Part shown: in pieces, positions 59,325 through 64,000 of the stretch
Position numbering within the stretch: position 1 is the first letter of the stretch
Layout of the letters: every line of letters begins with the position of its first letter
DNA from: Kofleriaceae bacterium
GTDB lineage: Bacteria; Myxococcota_A; Polyangia; Haliangiales; Haliangiaceae
Reading direction: 5' to 3'
DNA length: 64,000 nucleotides
Assembly: GCA_036271975.1 (NCBI GenBank)
Contig: DATAZP010000045.1
Coordinates: forward strand, 18,018 to 82,017
The notes under the pieces: generated by a model
Told to the model about the DNA's origin: nothing
Databases searched by the model: none
Seen by the model: the letters and a program-made list of their open reading frames with translations, nothing else
Made by a program: the position numbers and the translations under genes

Positions 59325-60983
59325 CTAGAACTCGGGGAGCGAGCTGGACTTCTTCTTCTGGGTGGTGGGAGGCGTGATCGCGGGCGCGGCCGCGTGCAGC
59401 TGGACCGCGAGGCGTCCGTCGGCCGACGGCACGACGTGCTCGACGGTCGGCGCGAAGCCGGGCTTCTCGACGCGGAGCTCGACGGGCGCGTCGCCGCGCG
59501 CGAGCGGCAGCGTCATCGGCAGCGTGCCGAGCGCGACGCCGTGCGCGTCGAGCACCGTCGCGCCGGGCGTGCCGTCGAGCTGGAACGAGACGGTCGCGGG
59601 CGCGGCCGGTGCCGCGGGCGCGGCCGGCGCCGACGGCGCGGCTGGCGCGGCCGGCGCCGCCGGCGCTGCAGGCGCGATGGCCGCGGGCGCCGCGGGCATG
59701 GCGGCGGTCTGCGCCACCGGCGCGTCGGTCGCCGGCCCCGCCGACGTGGTCGTCGCGATCGCGACCGCGACCACCGCGGCGACCGCGCACGCGACCGCGA
59801 CGATCGCGATCGCGAGCTTGCCGCGGCGCGGCCGGCGCTCCGGTGCGGTGCCCTGGATCTCGACCGCGAGCAGCGACCCGCCGAGCCCGCTCGGCATCGT
59901 GCCGGTCGCGGGCGGCGACGTGCCGCCGCCGGTGCCGAGCACCGTCTTCATCGCGCCCGCCGACGACCGGCCGCCCTTCGTCATCCCGAGCGTCGACGCG
60001 AGCTGCTGCCGCTGATCGGCGTCGAGCCGGGTCACGTTGGTCTGCACCGACACGCCCGTCTGCTCGACCGCGTGCTCGAGCGCGGCGACCGCCTCGGCGA
60101 CCGAGACCGGCCGCTGCGCCGGATCCTTGCGCATCATCCACGCGACCGCGGTGTCGATCGCCTCGGGCAGGTCGTCGTGGAGGTGCGACGGCGGCACCGG
60201 CTCGCCGCGGATCTGCTGGCTGAGGATCTCGATGAAGTCGTCGCCGATGAACGGCAGGCGGCCCGTCAGGACCTGGTAGGTCACGATCCCGAACGAGTAG
60301 ATGTCGGTGCGGTGATCGACGTCGCGGCCGCGGCACTGCTCGGGCGACATGTAATACGGCGTGCCCATCGGCGTGCCGGTGCGCGTGCGGTGCATCGCCT
60401 CGTTGGCCGCGGTCAGCTTCGCGATGCCGAAGTCGAGGAGCTTGGGGAACGCTCGCCCGTCGTCGTCGGTGATCAGGACGTTCTCCGGCTTGAGATCGCG
60501 GTGCGCGATGCCCGCCTTGTGCGCGGCGTAGAGCGCCCGCCCGACGCCGCGCAGGATCGGGATCGCCTCGCGCATCATCAGGCGGCCGCGCTCGCGCACG
60601 TAGCGCTCGAGCGTGACGCCCTGGAGCAGCTCCATGATGTAGTACTGGCGGCCGTCGGCGAGCTGGCCGAACGCGAAGATGTCGATGATGTTGCGGTGGC
60701 CGATCTGGTTGACCGCGCGCGCCTCGCTGACGAACCGCGACACCATCTCGGGGTTCGACGAGAACTGCCGGTTGAGCACCTTGATCGCGACGCGCTTGCC
60801 GATCAGCGGATGGGTCGCGCGGTACACCGAGCCGAACGCGCCGGCGCCGATCCGGTTCTCGATGACGTAGTCGGCGACCTGCGTCCCGGCCTCGACGTCG
60901 GGGTCGGGCAGCGGCTCGCCGTCCGCCGTGCAGATCAGCGACGTGTCTCCGTATGTGGCTTGGCAACGCAGGCAAGTACGCAT
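59325..60983 (-). CDS. Ser/Thr protein kinase with TM segment, Ala-Pro repeat and C-terminal PEGA-like domain (552 aa)
   Basis: Internal Met of track ORF 59325..61109. MRTCLRCQ..., IGAGAFGSVYRA, VAIKVL, HRDLKPENVL, DFGIAK, GTPYYMSPE, then a TM helix, (AAP)n, and VELRVEKPGFAP. Confidence 0.85.
   Translation of the reverse strand: MRTCLRCQATYGDTSLICTADGEPLPDPDVEAGTQVADYVIENRIGAGAFGSVYRATHPLIGKRVAIKVLNRQFSSNPEMVSRFVSEARAVNQIGHRNIIDIFAFGQLADGRQYYIMELLQGVTLERYVRERGRLMMREAIPILRGVGRALYAAHKAGIAHRDLKPENVLITDDDGRAFPKLLDFGIAKLTAANEAMHRTRTGTPMGTPYYMSPEQCRGRDVDHRTDIYSFGIVTYQVLTGRLPFIGDDFIEILSQQIRGEPVPPSHLHDDLPEAIDTAVAWMMRKDPAQRPVSVAEAVAALEHAVEQTGVSVQTNVTRLDADQRQQLASTLGMTKGGRSSAGAMKTVLGTGGGTSPPATGTMPSGLGGSLLAVEIQGTAPERRPRRGKLAIAIVAVACAVAAVVAVAIATTTSAGPATDAPVAQTAAMPAAPAAIAPAAPAAPAAPAAPSAPAAPAAPAAPATVSFQLDGTPGATVLDAHGVALGTLPMTLPLARGDAPVELRVEKPGFAPTVEHVVPSADGRLAVQLHAAAPAITPPTTQKKKSSSLPEF
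59595..59697. repeat. Imperfect 9-nt tandem repeat encoding (Ala-Ala-Pro)n inside the kinase gene
   Basis: GC-only repeats such as gcgggcgcggccggtgcc were read directly. They encode PAAPAAIAPAAPAAPAAPAAPSAPAAPAAPAAP. Confidence 0.7.
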
Positions 60984-61014
60984 CTGGACAGCCCCCCTGG
61001 CAGGCCGCCGACAC

Positions 61015-61030
61015 AGCAAGCGACGAGCCA
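61015..61030 (-). promoter_or_regulatory. Candidate sigma-54 (-24/-12) promoter of the kinase-PEGA-FG-GAP-LRR operon
   Basis: The minus strand reads TGGCTCG-TCGC-TTGCT against the consensus TGGCACG-N4-TTGCW (one mismatch, correct GG/GC spacing). The -12 element lies about 34 nt upstream of the ATG at 60983, with a G-rich SD (AGGGGGG) between them. Confidence 0.55.
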
Positions 61031-61091
61031 CGCTATCCGCCTGATTCCGCACCGCGAACGCGCCGCCCGACGCGCGGGGTTTGCTGGGGAC

Positions 61092-61110
61092 GGCAATTCT
61101 TGCCGGCAAT
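61092..61110. promoter_or_regulatory. Overlapping palindromes (GGCAA-TTC-TTGCC and TTGCCGGCAA): candidate enhancer-binding-protein site (UAS)
   Basis: The sequence ggcaattcttgccggcaat was read directly. It is a locally AT-richer spot about 65-95 bp upstream of the -24 element, in the divergent intergenic region. Confidence 0.35.
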
Positions 61111-61194
61111 CGTCGCGGGCCTGCGCCCGCCGCGACCCGCGGCCTCGGAATCTCGATATCGTGCCGGGCCGTGGGCCCCGATCACCCGACCGTC

Positions 61195-62946
<1,752 letters not shown>

Positions 62947-62972
62947 CACGCGCCGCCGTGTTAGACGACAGC

Positions 62973-64000
62973 ATGCAGCTTCCGGAGCTCGACGCGACCG
63001 CGCAGGCCGATCTCGTGCGCTCGGGCCGAGCGTCGCCGCGCGAGCTCGTCGACGCGGCGATCGCGCGCGTCGAGCGCAGCAACGCCGAGCTCGGCGCGGT
63101 CATCGTGCCGCTCTACGAGCGCGCGCGCGCCGACGCCGAGGCCGCCGCGCACGGCCCCGACGCGCCGTTTCGCGGCGTGCCGATCCTGATCAAGGACATC
63201 TGCGCGACCGTCGCCGGCGCGCCGCAGGCCGAGGGCCTGCTCCCCGCGAAGCGCGCCGGCTACGTCGCGCCCGACGACAGCTACCTCGTGCGAGCGCTGC
63301 GCCGCGCCGGCTTCGTCGTCGTCGGCAAGACCAACACGAGCGAGCTCGGCATCCTGCCGTCCGCGGAGCCGCCGGCGTGGCCGCCGTCGCGCAACCCGTA
63401 CGACACGACGCGGTCCACCGGCGGCAGCAGCGGCGGCTCGGCGTGCGCCGTCGCGACCGGCATGGTGCCGATCGCGCACGCCAACGACGGCGGCGGCTCG
63501 ATCCGCATCCCTGCGAGCTGCTGCGGCCTGTTCGGGCTCAAGCCGTCGCGCGGCCGGGTGTCGTTCGCGCCCGGCCTCGGCGACGTCAACGGCGGCCTCG
63601 TGAACGAGCACGTCGTCGCGCGCAGCGTGCGCGACTCGGCCGCCGTGCTCGACGCGCTCGCCGGCATGCAGCCCGGCGATCCGTACTGCGCGCCGCCGCA
63701 GCTCGAGCCGTTCGCGCGCGCGGCGTCGCGCACGCCCGGCCGCCTGCGCATCGCGTTCGCGACCCGCCACCTCGTCCCCGAGGGCCACCTCGTCGAGTCG
63801 CACCCCGACTGCGTCGCTGCGGTCGCGCACGCCGCGAAGCTGCTCGCGTCGCTCGGCCACGACGTCGAGCCGGCGGAGATCGCCGTGCTGTCCGACCCCG
63901 AGTGGGTGCCGCGCTTCCTGTCGATCTGGGTGGTCGGCGTGGCGACCGAGCTCGCGCAGTGGTCGCGCGTGCTCGGCCGGCCGATCGAGCGCGGCGAGGT
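62973..64000 (+). CDS. Amidase-signature-family amidase, N-terminal ~342 aa (3' end off window)
   Basis: Hand translation from the ATG at 62973: [26 protein letters not shown]...[10 protein letters not shown]...GKTNTSELG...[49 protein letters not shown]. It is missing from the ORF track because it is open at the window edge. Confidence 0.85.
   Translation, partial: MQLPELDATAQADLVRSGRASPRELVDAAIARVERSNAELGAVIVPLYERARADAEAAAHGPDAPFRGVPILIKDICATVAGAPQAEGLLPAKRAGYVAPDDSYLVRALRRAGFVVVGKTNTSELGILPSAEPPAWPPSRNPYDTTRSTGGSSGGSACAVATGMVPIAHANDGGGSIRIPASCCGLFGLKPSRGRVSFAPGLGDVNGGLVNEHVVARSVRDSAAVLDALAGMQPGDPYCAPPQLEPFARAASRTPGRLRIAFATRHLVPEGHLVESHPDCVAAVAHAAKLLASLGHDVEPAEIAVLSDPEWVPRFLSIWVVGVATELAQWSRVLGRPIERGE

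Noticed and set aside
59595-59697. A short-period GC-rich tandem repeat that might be mistaken for a CRISPR-like or VNTR element. A similar one lies at 22283..22324.
   Set aside because: The period is 9 nt (6 nt at 22283), with no spacers. The repeat lies in frame inside coding sequence and encodes an (AAP)n or (GD/SD)n linker.

Overview
This is a 64-kb, very GC-rich chromosomal segment (about 70% or more by eye, not computed; third codon positions almost always G/C). It most likely comes from a myxobacterium (Myxococcota). Supporting signals: a MYXO-CTERM-like sorting tail, a myxococcal Cys-rich repeat (CGNGVVEAGEDCE), three Ser/Thr kinases plus one pseudokinase, FHA-domain regulators, PEGA and FG-GAP lipoproteins, and TIGR02996-like LRR proteins.

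I call about 54 protein-coding genes. They are tightly packed, with many 4-nt stop/start overlaps (ATGA or GTGA at 821-824, 1939-1941, 24212-24215, 31112-31115, 40898-40901, 49377-49380, 51053-51056, 52243-52246 and 53064-53067). I saw no rRNA, tRNA, CRISPR array, transposase, integrase or phage genes. Because of the GC bias, most long ORFs in the supplied track are Arg/Ala-rich antisense or out-of-frame artefacts. Genes were chosen by recognisable family motifs, amino-acid composition and operon geometry.

Recognisable housekeeping genes are rpmG-rpmB, ychF, an E2 succinyltransferase (sucB-like), a NUDIX hydrolase and an ABC exporter.

The most interesting items:
1. An operon (1-6654, minus) built around a ~1565-aa four-domain fusion: aldehyde dehydrogenase, lysine-6-transaminase-like aminotransferase, GNAT, and a lysine-less aminotransferase-like domain. 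It is translationally coupled to a C45 Ntn-hydrolase and another omega-transaminase.
2. An ADP-ribosylglycohydrolase gene directly upstream of a 1589-aa DUF4011 / SF1-helicase / PD-(D/E)xK / DUF3320 protein whose Walker-A lysine and other helicase motifs are degenerate (31879-37745).
3. A near-consensus sigma-54 (-24/-12) promoter with an upstream palindrome. It lies in front of a Ser/Thr kinase-PEGA-FG-GAP-LRR operon and is divergent from an FHA / degenerate-GGDEF / sigma-54 activator gene (54246-62946).
4. An HRD-to-HRG pseudokinase co-oriented with NRDE and NUDIX genes.
5. A six-gene, fully overlap-coupled acyl-CoA pathway operon.

All family assignments come from motif recognition by eye. 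No database search or computation was run.
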